A program made the translations under genes and the position numbers. Of a DNA stretch of 64,000 nucleotides, positions 39,592-49,866 are shown one piece after another (the first letter of the stretch is position 1; each line of letters opens with the position of its first letter). The notes under the pieces are model-generated. The model saw nothing but the letters and a program-made list of their open reading frames with translations, was not told the origin of the DNA and searched no databases. Origin of the DNA: a bacterium (GTDB taxonomy: Bacteria; UBA10199; 2-02-FULL-50-16; JAJFLM01); assembly GCA_965216315.1 (NCBI GenBank), contig CBDCFN010000016.1, positions 544,001 through 608,000 of the forward strand, given 5' to 3'.

Positions 39592-41237
39592 AATGAGACT
39601 CCAGGAAGAGTGATGTCAAATTCCGTGCCTTTTCCTGCTTCCGAACTAACTTCAATGCTACCATGATGACGCTTTAGAGTTTCGAGGCTCAATGCGAGAC
39701 CAAGTCCCGTCCCTTTTCCTGGGCTCTTAAGCGTGACAAAGGGGTCAAAAATACGCGGCAAAACCGCTTTCGGAATTCCACAACCAGTATCACGAATCCT
39801 GATCCTAATTCCAGAGCCATTTCGTTCGGTTAATAATTCTATTGTTCCTCTGTCTTTTATTGCATCACAAGAATTTGCAATGATATTGATAAAAACCTGG
39901 CCGAGCTCCTCCGGTACACCTTGAACAAGCGGGATATTACCATACTGACGAACTATTGAAATGCGATCACGCCATTTAGGGCTCAGAAGTTTCAGGCTCT
40001 GATCCAGAATTTGATTGATATCAATTTCCTGTAGTTTGCTTTGACCTGGATGAGAAAATTCACGAAAATTATCAAGAATAGCCTTAGCGCGTGTCGCACC
40101 TGCATCAATATCTCGCCTTAACTCATCTAAATTTTCAATCATCGCCTTGCTTTGATCGTCTTGAGTCTTTTTGACGCTTTGTTTCAGATCATCTGTGATT
40201 TCCTTGAAAGGCTCTAAATTTGAATAAATAAAAGTCATTGGATTGTTCAACTCGTGAGCCAGTCCAGCCATTAAGTTGCCGACTGCGGCCCTTTTTTCCA
40301 TCATAATCAATTGTATCTGACTTTGACGGAGCCGGCCCATGATTACGCCAAGAAAAAGGGATACTGGAAATAATAGAATTATTGGAGCGGCCAAGTTGAG
40401 AGGAACAGGAGTGTTGGTGACAAAAATTGCGATTGCTGCTGCAAGCGGGACAGTAAATGCAATGAGTTGCCCAAGTAATAAGTAGCGGGCAATTATGCGG
40501 TTAATTTCTAGCTGTGGGCGTTTAAGTGTTATGATCAGGCGCACCAACCAGAAGAGATAGGCGGCAACAACGTACAAGACCGTCGCATATTCAAATAGAA
40601 TCCAAACAGCAGGATTGTTCTTAAAGTAATAGAGGTAGGGAATGCACAAAAACGTTGAAATGACATATGGAGCGAGAAAGGCACGGCTATGTTTAATGAT
40701 AATATTCGATGTTTCTGGGAAGAAAAGTGCAAAATGTAGAATCGTTGCTGGAATGAACGAAAAAAAGCAGAGTAATAAGTAAGAATAATTGTATGTGAGG
40801 TGAAAGTCAGGGCTGAGGATGAGGTAATTACCAGCTAAGAAATGGAAAATTAATAGCGGAAGACGACTCGTTGTTATCGGCATGTAGATAAATATGATTG
40901 CGCCTAGGAACGCGAATAAGAGGCCGGATAGGCTTGGTAGCAGCACAACGAGCGTGTAATCTTGTTTTGAGAAAATTTCGGGAGATGGCGTATCGCCTGT
41001 CTGCCGGTCATGATACAGAATTCCCTTGCGGCTGTCTGTCCAGCCCGGGACATAAAATGGTCCGACAATGTTATTTTCAAAGGCCAAAAAACCCGGAAAG
41101 GGTTGACCGACTTTCTGGTAATTTTCGTGGCATGTTATCGAGAAAAGTCCAAGCGTAAAGGCTAACAGGATAAAAGTTAGGGTCGCGTTGCGGCGGCCAA
41201 CGCTCACTTTTTGAGCCATATTGGGCTTTATAAGCAA
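39588..41237 (-). CDS. Membrane sensor histidine kinase
   Basis: Multi-TM sensor; AHELNNP, N box, DTGCGI, FDPF, GTGLGL. Confidence 0.92.
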   Translation of the reverse strand: MLIKPNMAQKVSVGRRNATLTFILLAFTLGLFSITCHENYQKVGQPFPGFLAFENNIVGPFYVPGWTDSRKGILYHDRQTGDTPSPEIFSKQDYTLVVLLPSLSGLLFAFLGAIIFIYMPITTSRLPLLIFHFLAGNYLILSPDFHLTYNYSYLLLCFFSFIPATILHFALFFPETSNIIIKHSRAFLAPYVISTFLCIPYLYYFKNNPAVWILFEYATVLYVVAAYLFWLVRLIITLKRPQLEINRIIARYLLLGQLIAFTVPLAAAIAIFVTNTPVPLNLAAPIILLFPVSLFLGVIMGRLRQSQIQLIMMEKRAAVGNLMAGLAHELNNPMTFIYSNLEPFKEITDDLKQSVKKTQDDQSKAMIENLDELRRDIDAGATRAKAILDNFREFSHPGQSKLQEIDINQILDQSLKLLSPKWRDRISIVRQYGNIPLVQGVPEELGQVFINIIANSCDAIKDRGTIELLTERNGSGIRIRIRDTGCGIPKAVLPRIFDPFVTLKSPGKGTGLGLALSLETLKRHHGSIEVSSEAGKGTEFDITLPGVSL

Positions 41238-41284
41238 TAAGTTCTGATTTTCAAAGCCTTATCGAATGTGTTAGTCTTGCTGCC

Positions 41285-42001
41285 TTGCTGAGCTTAATAT
41301 TTGGACAAGGCCATCCCCCTGAAAAACGTAAGCGCTACCGGTATACCTTGCCGTCATCAGTGGCGGGTCGGGTTGAGTTGGAGTTGCCACTTGGTGAACG
41401 GCTAACGCTTCGGGTGGTCGATCTCAATGACGAGGCGGTATCCGGTCACTACGAGGGGGAACTCTCGATGCCGGTTGATGATTTGCCGCGGCTGAATGCG
41501 ACGCTGTATCTCGATGACTTGCAGTTTGCGTTTAAGGCGCAAATTATTCGTTATGCCAAAAATTTCCTCGTTTTTAAGTATTGTGATTATGATGAGGAGA
41601 CCTATAAGGAAGTCCTCGAATATTTCCCGGTGATATTAGGTCGGAGCTTGGAGGATCGCGGGGCGCAAAGTAAGACATCGGATTGGATACATGGTTCAAA
41701 TTATACCGATATTTTTATTCAGAACGAAGAAGACCGGAGTGGTGATATCCATAGTTTAACCTATGTTTCAGAGGATAACTATTTGCACTGGAACAGAGAA
41801 ACGGGCATGAAAACGGGGCAAGTTAAGCGAGAGACTTTTGCCGAAGGGTTAGGGTTTTCGAAGCGAGTGCAGAATCCGATTATAAAAGACGCTAGGCCTG
41901 ATGCGGGTCGAATAAAGCGCTTAGCAAGTATTGTTGCGCATTCCTCCTTGCCTGTAGAGACAAAGCAGGCCATTGCTGCAATTCTTGAGATTGGATCATG
42001 A
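41285..42001 (+). CDS. PilZ-like domain protein
   Basis: KRKRYR followed by VVDLN and beta-strands; degenerate DxSxxG. Confidence 0.5.
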   Translation: MLSLIFGQGHPPEKRKRYRYTLPSSVAGRVELELPLGERLTLRVVDLNDEAVSGHYEGELSMPVDDLPRLNATLYLDDLQFAFKAQIIRYAKNFLVFKYCDYDEETYKEVLEYFPVILGRSLEDRGAQSKTSDWIHGSNYTDIFIQNEEDRSGDIHSLTYVSEDNYLHWNRETGMKTGQVKRETFAEGLGFSKRVQNPIIKDARPDAGRIKRLASIVAHSSLPVETKQAIAAILEIGS

Positions 42002-44316
42002 TTAGTAAGCTCATTGATCTACTCGTCATTCATCCGAAGAAATTTCTTTTTACCGCGCTAGGGATTACCTTGTTGTTGGCGTTTTTTGTGCCCGAAATCC
42101 GCATGGTGACGTCAGTCGAGCAGCTCTACCCCTCTAAAAAGGATCCTGACCGCCAGGTATTGGAGGAGACGGAATATCTCTTTGGGGAGGACCCAAGTCT
42201 GATTGTCGCTTTGAAGACGGATGAGGTGTTTAAGAAAGATGTTTTGACTAAAGTGCGTGCCCTTACGCGTGATATAGAAAAAGTTGAACATGTGACTCGG
42301 GTCGATAGTCTGGCTACGGCCAAACGCATCATCAGTGACGAAGAGAGTATGTTGGCAGAGGATTTTTTGGAAAAAATTCCTCAGACAGAGAACGAAATCA
42401 AAGCCCTTCGCAAAGAATACTTTGATAACCCACTGTATCGTAACGCTTACGTTTCGGCCAACGGGCAATGGGCTATCTTTAATGTCGTATTAGAATCTGA
42501 AGATAAGATCGGCAATATCCCGCCAATCGTGAAGAAAATCCGTGCTCTAGCGGTTCAATATCAAGGGCCGGAACGAATATTTGTATCGGGGCGCAGTGAA
42601 CTCAATACCAGTTTCAATGATCTCATGCAAAGCGATCGCCGGCGGCTAATCCCGATTTTGATTGTGGTGATGCTGATCGTCCTTTATTTGAATTTTAGGT
42701 CGTTGGTTGGCTTCGCGCTTCCCTTAGTCAGTGTTTTGATAGGTGTTGTGTGGACATTCGGTGTTATGAGCCTTTTTGGAATCCCAATCTCCATCTTAAC
42801 TTCGACCTTGCCGTCCATTTTGATTGCGATCGGATGTTCTTACGCTATCTATTTTCTCGCGACCTATTTCACGCTCTGGTCTGAAGATCAGGATCCTGTC
42901 GATCATTTAAAGAGGGTGCTGAATAAAACTCTCTTGGCGGTTATCTTCTGCGCTTTTACTACGATTGTCGGGTTTTTTGGGCTCTCTTTAAATGATATCA
43001 ACTTGATCAAGCAGATGGGAGTTGCGGCGGTCATCGGGATATCAAGCCTGTTGGCGCTGACGGCTTTTGTCTTGCCGTGTTTTATCCTTGTAATCAGTGC
43101 ACTCCAGCAGAGCCGTCTGCGTCGGCAGCGGCCCATTCGCATCGCAGACAAGAAGCAGCAGCTTCACACGTTTCCAAGACGTTTCTTGAATCATTCGGGT
43201 AAATTGTTGTGCGGGTGGGCCATCGTCTTTATGATATGCCTGTTCTTTATTCCGCAGCTGAAAATTGAGAACGACCCGAGCACTTTTTTCAAGAAAGATT
43301 CAAGTACCTGGACTAATTTGCAATCATTGGTCAATGAATTGAATATGTACGGTCGATTCAAAATCGTTTTGAGCGCTAAGCAAGAAGACTATTTTAAAAA
43401 CCCCGAGGCATTGAAGCAGATCGAACTGTTGGGAACGAAGATTCAGGCTCTCGAAGAAACAGGCAAGACAATGTCGTTGGCGGATTTTGTGAAAACCATC
43501 AATAAGTCATTCAATGAACATAAACCGGAGTTTGAAGCGATTCCCCCCACCGAGCAGGAAGTCGCCCAGTACTTATTGCTCTATTCACTCTCCGGTGACG
43601 ACGAGAATCTTTATAGGTATGTCACTGAAGACTATAAAACGACTCAAATTGATATTAATGCAGGCGTGACGAGTAGTATCGATAGCTTGACCCTCGCTAA
43701 CAAAATTGAGGCTGACTGCAATGAGGTTTTTGGTGATGATGTCACCTGTCGCGCATCCGGTGCTTCGCTCATACTGGCGAAAAGCGCTCGTTATATTGCT
43801 TTGGGAGTTCTGAAGGGGTTTAGCCTTGCACTGTTTATTATTCTCATTTTGATGTTTGTGCTGTTCCGATCGATTCGGATTGGGCTGATCGCGATGATTC
43901 CAAATGTTGTTCCCACTTCGCTGCTGCTGAGTTTTATGGCGATTGCAGGCATTCCCTTGAACGTGGGTACGTCGATTATTTTGACGATCGCACTCGGTAT
44001 TGCTGTCGATGATACCTTGCATTTTTTCGTTCATTATTATCAGGAACTTAAACAGACGAACCATTTTTTGATTCAGTCCCAGACGGGAATTCGTATTACG
44101 GAAGATCAGAAGTGGGCGGTCGTCACAACCTGGCGGCACCTTTATAAGGCCCTGACGACCACAACGGCGACGATCGTGTGCGGTTTTCTCGTGTTGACTC
44201 TTTCGGATCTGACGCCTTTGGCTCTCTTTGGGTCTTTGACCGCCTTGACGATGTTTTTTGCCTTGCTCACCGATTTAACGCTGACGCCCGCCTTGATTAT
44301 GAAGACGAAGTTCTAG
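41998..44316 (+). CDS. MMPL/RND family lipid transporter (paralogue 2)
   Basis: Same length (772 aa) and colinear with 34143..36461; GIAVDDTLHF. Confidence 0.88.
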   Translation: MISKLIDLLVIHPKKFLFTALGITLLLAFFVPEIRMVTSVEQLYPSKKDPDRQVLEETEYLFGEDPSLIVALKTDEVFKKDVLTKVRALTRDIEKVEHVTRVDSLATAKRIISDEESMLAEDFLEKIPQTENEIKALRKEYFDNPLYRNAYVSANGQWAIFNVVLESEDKIGNIPPIVKKIRALAVQYQGPERIFVSGRSELNTSFNDLMQSDRRRLIPILIVVMLIVLYLNFRSLVGFALPLVSVLIGVVWTFGVMSLFGIPISILTSTLPSILIAIGCSYAIYFLATYFTLWSEDQDPVDHLKRVLNKTLLAVIFCAFTTIVGFFGLSLNDINLIKQMGVAAVIGISSLLALTAFVLPCFILVISALQQSRLRRQRPIRIADKKQQLHTFPRRFLNHSGKLLCGWAIVFMICLFFIPQLKIENDPSTFFKKDSSTWTNLQSLVNELNMYGRFKIVLSAKQEDYFKNPEALKQIELLGTKIQALEETGKTMSLADFVKTINKSFNEHKPEFEAIPPTEQEVAQYLLLYSLSGDDENLYRYVTEDYKTTQIDINAGVTSSIDSLTLANKIEADCNEVFGDDVTCRASGASLILAKSARYIALGVLKGFSLALFIILILMFVLFRSIRIGLIAMIPNVVPTSLLLSFMAIAGIPLNVGTSIILTIALGIAVDDTLHFFVHYYQELKQTNHFLIQSQTGIRITEDQKWAVVTTWRHLYKALTTTTATIVCGFLVLTLSDLTPLALFGSLTALTMFFALLTDLTLTPALIMKTKF

Positions 44317-44466
44317 GAGTCAATATCTTGACTGTTAGGGCTCTCAATATGATAAAAAATAGTGTAGACTAAGCGGAGCGAGTGTCATTTATTCATATAA
44401 AACAACAGCTTACTTTTTTTGGCTACTGGTACGTTTATTGCACTAGCTAGAATGGTGGATTCATTT

Positions 44467-45906
44467 ATGTCGGGCAGAAACATCAGCATTGGGGGGATTT
44501 TGCTTGCCGCCCTGTTGGTAGGGGCGCTTTCAGGGCCGGTGCAGGCGCAGCCGAGTGCCGCGGATGAGCCGACGGAAGCGCCAGCTCCACCAACGATGCC
44601 CCCGCCAACGACACCCCCACTGCCGCCCCTGCCGGACGATCCCGCCGATAGTTCGACGCCACCGCCTCCCGGCGAAACAGGGTCTGAGTTGCCCAGCGAC
44701 CCTCTCGGGGAGCCTGAGGTCGGTGAAGTGGAAGAGCCGGCCGTAAAGTATAAAGTGGGTTATATTTGCAGCCCGGCGGCAGGCAATGTTGAGAATCAAA
44801 GTAACCTTTGTGTCGTGGATTCCGATGGAAAAAATCCACGTGTCATGGTGGTGGGCGGCATCCTTGCCGCGCCGGTTTGGTCTTTAGATGGCCAGTTCAT
44901 CTATTTTTCTTATGATAAGGGTCCCGCCAATCTAGAAGCGTTACCGGGGATGCCTCCGGTCAGCATTCCCCATAATTTTGATGTTCATTATCTGCGTTGG
45001 AGTGATGGAGCGCATCTGCAATTAACGGATAGTCCTGCGCCCGAATTCTTGATTCAAGATCTTCCTGCCGGAAATGAATTGCTGTTGACACGTCGTCGTT
45101 TTGTAAACGAAACCTCACAGCTGGGAGTTGAGAAAAAGAAGCTGGAGATCAAATTAAAGCTAATAGATTTTCCGTGTGTTTTTTCCATGACTGAACAGAA
45201 TTGCGAGAGTTTAGGCGCAACGGCAGGGGAGTTAGCGAACTCTGATTGCCCACCCTTGGCGCTCCCATTGCCTCTAGGCTTGTCTCCATTTGGACGCTGG
45301 GCGACCCAATCGGCAATGTTGTGTGATGAAGGGGTAAGGAAGGAAGGCTTTTTTCTCGTTGATACTGAAAGTGATAAGAGGATTCCGGTTTTGCATAAGG
45401 ACCTTAGTGCATGTCGCGTTATAGATTTTCACGGCGGCATTGCCGTCAATGACGATGGATCGCCCATGGTGATTCCTTTTAATACGAAATCTCTTAAAAT
45501 AGATAGCTGTGTCTTCTACTTGTCCCCGGAAAGGCAACGCATGGCTTACATCAACGTTAACGGTCAAGTTGGTGTGATTGATTTGAATAGCCGTCAACTC
45601 CAGTACATGACAGTCGAGGCGCCGGTTCAAGGCATTGATGCGCTGGCGTGGTCACCCGGTGGCAATGATTTGTTGGCCTTCAAGCGGGAAGGCGGGGGGC
45701 CGATGTATAGAATTTCGGCGCTAATCGTCGACGATGTCAGTTTTCTGGGTTACGGGAGTCAACCTGCCTGGAGTCCGATTCCGCTCGCGACGTATACCTC
45801 CGAAGCGACGGTTGCAGCGGCCGAAACTATTGAGCTCGACAATGTTCCCGCCGAGAAGACGCAAATCATCGCGCAGCCTGCCGCTGGATGTACCCTCATC
45901 CGCTAA
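44467..45906 (+). CDS. Exported TolB/PD40-like beta-propeller protein with Pro-rich N-terminus
   Basis: Signal peptide ending VQA; PPPTTPPLPPLP; PVWSLDG, LAWSPGG, PAWSP; C-terminus AAGCTLIR. Track start is 44419. Confidence 0.7.
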   Translation: MSGRNISIGGILLAALLVGALSGPVQAQPSAADEPTEAPAPPTMPPPTTPPLPPLPDDPADSSTPPPPGETGSELPSDPLGEPEVGEVEEPAVKYKVGYICSPAAGNVENQSNLCVVDSDGKNPRVMVVGGILAAPVWSLDGQFIYFSYDKGPANLEALPGMPPVSIPHNFDVHYLRWSDGAHLQLTDSPAPEFLIQDLPAGNELLLTRRRFVNETSQLGVEKKKLEIKLKLIDFPCVFSMTEQNCESLGATAGELANSDCPPLALPLPLGLSPFGRWATQSAMLCDEGVRKEGFFLVDTESDKRIPVLHKDLSACRVIDFHGGIAVNDDGSPMVIPFNTKSLKIDSCVFYLSPERQRMAYINVNGQVGVIDLNSRQLQYMTVEAPVQGIDALAWSPGGNDLLAFKREGGGPMYRISALIVDDVSFLGYGSQPAWSPIPLATYTSEATVAAAETIELDNVPAEKTQIIAQPAAGCTLIR

Positions 45907-45981
45907 GCAACTGAAATCTTTCCCTTATTCATGTTTTCACAAGTGGCGAGCTGTGATATTGTGTAGCGACCAAACAGCGTT

Positions 45982-47715
45982 GTGAAATCACTTATTATCA
46001 TCATTATGTTGCTCGGCTTGGCGGTAGGTGCCAGTGCCGCTGAGGAAGAAACGGTCTCGGAGGAGATCCCCCCGAATTGGAAGAAGTGGGAGACTCCCGA
46101 CGGGGCGGTTTATTATCAGCGGCCCGATGGGACAACGACGTGGGAAAATCCACTCAATCCGCCCGAGCTAGGTCCGGGAGTTGATGACAAGCAGGGTCCC
46201 GTTCCAAGCCAAACTGTCAGTGATGACGGGGCGCCCGAACCAGTTGAGGCAGAGCCGGCTCCTGTTGAGGCAACAACCGTTGGTGCGCGGCAGCCGAGAA
46301 AGAGCGGGGCGTTTATGGAGGGAAGCGCCGAAGCGGCTCCTGAGGTATCGGTGTTACCGGATGGTTGGAAAGAGTGGCGCACCGAAGACGGCAAACGCTA
46401 CTACGAGAAGCCGGATGGAACGACGACATGGGACCGCCCCAAAATTGTCTGGGAAAAGCCCTCGGCAGACGGAACACTGACGCTCACGCGCTATCATACT
46501 GAAAACATTAATTGGGCAAATGATTTTCGCTTTGGGGGGTCGCTAGAATATCGATTTTCCGGGTTTTTTAAAAATGATGTGAATAGTGATGAGCGTCTCT
46601 GGAATGATGTCATTTTTCAATTGTTTACCGATGTTCGCTGGAATGATCAGGTTCGCACTTATGGCAAGATGGAGTTGACAGGATATCTCCCGCAATCGGA
46701 TCCGCGTATTCGTATTATTCCGGAAGAAGCTTTTCTGGATCTTTATTTAGGTCCCGTTGATATTCGGGCGGGTTATCAGATTTATTCCTGGGGTGTGGCT
46801 GATCTGTATAATCCGACGGATAAGCTGAACCCGCGTGATTATATAGACATTCTCAATTACGAAAAAGAAGGTATCTTAAGTTTGAAGGTCGGTTATTCTT
46901 TTAGCAATTGGACGCTCGAAGGCATTTGGATTCCTTTGCCGGAGGAGAGTTATCTCCCTCAACCCGGCTGGCGCTTTTTTGAAATGCCGGGCGCCTCCCA
47001 GGGACTGCCGCCGGCAATCGTGTCGGACCTAATAGCCTTGCGGCCCGGTAAAAGTATTCGAAATCCGCAGTTTGCAGCCCGCTTGCGAGGGACTGCGGGG
47101 CGTTTTGATCTGGGTTTCAGCTATTTCTATGGCTTGGCGACAGTGCCGCAGCGTGAGGTGAGTGTAGGCACATTCAACCCTGTCGATAATACGGTGACGG
47201 TAACAGTGACCGAAGTATTTCCACGCGAGCATACCGTTGGGGCGAACATGGCAACCACGATCAAAAAACTCGGACTCCATTTGGAAACGGCTGCTGTTTT
47301 TCCTAAGGATACCGGAAGAGACATCGGCTCCGCTGATCAATTTCGCTTTAACTATGTTGTCGGCGGGAATTATACGTGGAGCGATGTCATTTCAGACCAT
47401 GATATAAGATTTTTCCTCGATTTTACTCACGAGATTCATCGTGATGAAAAAAGCACTAACCTTTCCCGAATTTTTCAGTTATCATTGCTCTCACGTCTGG
47501 AATATATCGTCTCAGACGACCTTAAAATCACTCTATCAGGGGCCTATAATTTCGATGATCGCGATTATATTATTCGGCCTCGTATCGAGTGGGGTTTTTA
47601 TGAGGGCTTTACATTGACCGCCGGTGCCGATTTCCTGGGTGGGCCGAGCGGAAGCTTTTTTGACCTGTTTGAAGAGGATGACCGGGGCTATGCCTGGCTA
47701 AAGTACGAATTTTAG
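45982..47715 (+). CDS. Outer-membrane beta-barrel (DUF1302-like) with two N-terminal WW domains
   Basis: Signal peptide; two P..W......G..YY...DGTTTW..P units; GYQIYSWG..D..NPTD.LNP.D; terminal KYEF. Confidence 0.8.
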   Translation: MKSLIIIIMLLGLAVGASAAEEETVSEEIPPNWKKWETPDGAVYYQRPDGTTTWENPLNPPELGPGVDDKQGPVPSQTVSDDGAPEPVEAEPAPVEATTVGARQPRKSGAFMEGSAEAAPEVSVLPDGWKEWRTEDGKRYYEKPDGTTTWDRPKIVWEKPSADGTLTLTRYHTENINWANDFRFGGSLEYRFSGFFKNDVNSDERLWNDVIFQLFTDVRWNDQVRTYGKMELTGYLPQSDPRIRIIPEEAFLDLYLGPVDIRAGYQIYSWGVADLYNPTDKLNPRDYIDILNYEKEGILSLKVGYSFSNWTLEGIWIPLPEESYLPQPGWRFFEMPGASQGLPPAIVSDLIALRPGKSIRNPQFAARLRGTAGRFDLGFSYFYGLATVPQREVSVGTFNPVDNTVTVTVTEVFPREHTVGANMATTIKKLGLHLETAAVFPKDTGRDIGSADQFRFNYVVGGNYTWSDVISDHDIRFFLDFTHEIHRDEKSTNLSRIFQLSLLSRLEYIVSDDLKITLSGAYNFDDRDYIIRPRIEWGFYEGFTLTAGADFLGGPSGSFFDLFEEDDRGYAWLKYEF

Positions 47716-47721
47716 AGGATC

Positions 47722-47831
47722 AATGAAAATGACCACCTGCATCGTTGCCTCAAAATTCAGTCATTGCGACGTACTTAAAGTACGACTCATTCCTGAATTT
47801 ATCAGCGCCTTGCATCTGGAACATTTTCATT
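47722..47831. repeat. ~110-nt imperfect palindrome, copy 2
   Basis: Shares CCAxCTGCxTCGTTG...CGACGTAC...GTACG...GCCTTGCAxCTGG with 1144-1254; stems aatgaaaatg/cattttcatt and aaattcag/ctgaattt. Confidence 0.7.
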
Positions 47832-47864
47832 AATCCTTATACTGTGAATTGCAAGGAGAGTAGA

Positions 47865-48695
47865 ATGTATCGATATGTAGGTTATACCGGGATTATCACG
47901 TTCACGTTTCTGCTAATAGCGAGTAGCGGGCATGCACAAACGGCGAGCGAAGCGCCGGCGGGAACCGCTCAACCGACGGCTCCGGCTCAACCGCAGTTAA
48001 CGGCTCGCCAGATGATGCAGAAATTTGTCGATCATTATGATAATCGTGATGAGGCGACTAAGATGCAAATGGTGCTGATCTCCAAGACAGGTTCACAACG
48101 GAATCGACGCATGAGTATCAAACGTCGCACTGATGAAAAAGATCTTGAAAAGATAATGATCCGTTTCCATGAACCCAATGATATCCGCGGGACCTCTTTG
48201 CTGACTTGGGAACAGGCGGCTGGTAAGGATGATTTGCAATGGATTTATCTGCCGGCACTGAAAAAGACCAAGCAGATTTCAGGTGGCGCCAAAAAAGATG
48301 ATTTCGTCGGCAGTGACTTTACCTATGAGGATCTGCGCCCCGAAAAATTGGATGACTTTAATTACACGTTAGTCGGAGCTCAGGATGGCCGCGTCATTAT
48401 TGATGCAACGCCACGTATCAGTGATTCCGGTTATAGCCGCCGGCGCGTCTGGCTGCGGCAGGACAATTATTTTGCAGTGGGTATCAAGTATTACGACCAT
48501 AAAGGCCAATTCCTCAAAAAAATGAGCGTTTCGGGTTTGGTGAATGTCGCCGGTGGGCGCGTACGTGCCAATAAAGTGAGGATGGAAAACGTTCAAAATG
48601 GCCATGCGACTGAATTGAATGTCCATAGCCGTCAGTTAGACACGGGCTTGAAAGAAGCCGCGTTTACCAAGCGGGAATTGGAAAAGGGCGTCTAG
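47865..48695 (+). CDS. LolA-like periplasmic carrier (outer-membrane lipoprotein-sorting protein)
   Basis: AAGGAG RBS; F.EP.DIRGT.LL, QWIYLPALKK, FVGSDFTYEDL, FT.R.L. Confidence 0.85.
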   Translation: MYRYVGYTGIITFTFLLIASSGHAQTASEAPAGTAQPTAPAQPQLTARQMMQKFVDHYDNRDEATKMQMVLISKTGSQRNRRMSIKRRTDEKDLEKIMIRFHEPNDIRGTSLLTWEQAAGKDDLQWIYLPALKKTKQISGGAKKDDFVGSDFTYEDLRPEKLDDFNYTLVGAQDGRVIIDATPRISDSGYSRRRVWLRQDNYFAVGIKYYDHKGQFLKKMSVSGLVNVAGGRVRANKVRMENVQNGHATELNVHSRQLDTGLKEAAFTKRELEKGV

Positions 48696-48696
48696 T

Positions 48697-49866
48697 TCAA
48701 TCAGCGGTAAAGTAATTCTGACGACCGCGCGAGTAAAGCACTTCAGAGATCATATATTTCTGTATCTCGGTGGTTCCTTCAATAATAGAAAGGATTTTTG
48801 AATCGTTGACTAGCTTGGCGATTGGATACTCGAGGGAAATACCGGCTCCCCCCATAATTTGAGCTGCTTTTAGAGTGACTTCTTCGGCTGTTGATGTTGC
48901 ATAGGCTTTAGCCAGTGATGCCTCGTAGCGATAATCCTGGCCGAGAGAGGCTTTCCATGCCGCCCGCCAAGCTGCAAGTCTTGATGCCTCTGTCGCCATT
49001 TGCATTTGCGCAATGTATTGGCGAATGACCGGATGATCCCCAATGGCTTTTCCAGCCGAGTAACGAGTTCTTGAATAATCAATGCATTCATCAATGGCAC
49101 GTTGTTGTATGCCCGTAGCTATGGCAGCCGTTCCGGTCCTGCCACGCGAGAGAGAACGCATGGCTACCTGATAGCCGTTGCCCTCTTTGTCTAGAAGGTT
49201 TTCACGCGGGATGAAGACATCTTCAAAAGTGAGACCGGATGTATCGGCGGCTTTAAGGCCAAGCTTTTTTTCAGGGCGCGCTTTGATGACTCCATCCAGG
49301 TTGCCGGGAACGATAAAGGCTGATAGCTCAGAAATTTGTTGAGACCCCTTAGGGTAGGCGAAAACAATATAGATGCCGGCACGATTTGCATTGGATATCC
49401 ACGCTTTCTGACCATTGATGACAAAGCCATCATTCTTTGTTTCGTAATGGGTTTTTAAGCCGCCAAGGTCGGAGCCGGTTTGGGGCTCGGTTAAGGCAAA
49501 CGAAATCAGCATTCGCTCTTCACATAATAAGGTAAGCCACTTCTTTTTTTGTTCTGCCGTGCCGAAATAGTCAATAGGTGCGGAAGCCAGATTATTAGTC
49601 AGTATGGCGAGTGCTATACCTGCACAAGCATGTCCCAGGATTTCTGCAATAAGGACGGACTCAGCAGGTCCCATGTTACCTCCACCATACTCATCTGAAA
49701 TTCCCAAGTTAACGATACCTAACTCTTGAGCTTTATCGATAATATCTTCAGGAAAAGTATGGCTTTCATCATATTCTGCTGCTTTGGGTAGGATTTCGTT
49801 TGAGGCAAAATCTTTTGCCATATCCACGATCAAGCGCTGGTCTTCAGTCAAAGAAAAATCAATCAT
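48697..49866 (-). CDS. Acyl-CoA dehydrogenase family protein
   Basis: FALTEPQTGSD, INGQKAWISN, KLG, GGAG, IIEGTTEIQ; AGGAG 7 nt before ATG 49866. Confidence 0.9.
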   Translation of the reverse strand: MIDFSLTEDQRLIVDMAKDFASNEILPKAAEYDESHTFPEDIIDKAQELGIVNLGISDEYGGGNMGPAESVLIAEILGHACAGIALAILTNNLASAPIDYFGTAEQKKKWLTLLCEERMLISFALTEPQTGSDLGGLKTHYETKNDGFVINGQKAWISNANRAGIYIVFAYPKGSQQISELSAFIVPGNLDGVIKARPEKKLGLKAADTSGLTFEDVFIPRENLLDKEGNGYQVAMRSLSRGRTGTAAIATGIQQRAIDECIDYSRTRYSAGKAIGDHPVIRQYIAQMQMATEASRLAAWRAAWKASLGQDYRYEASLAKAYATSTAEEVTLKAAQIMGGAGISLEYPIAKLVNDSKILSIIEGTTEIQKYMISEVLYSRGRQNYFTAD

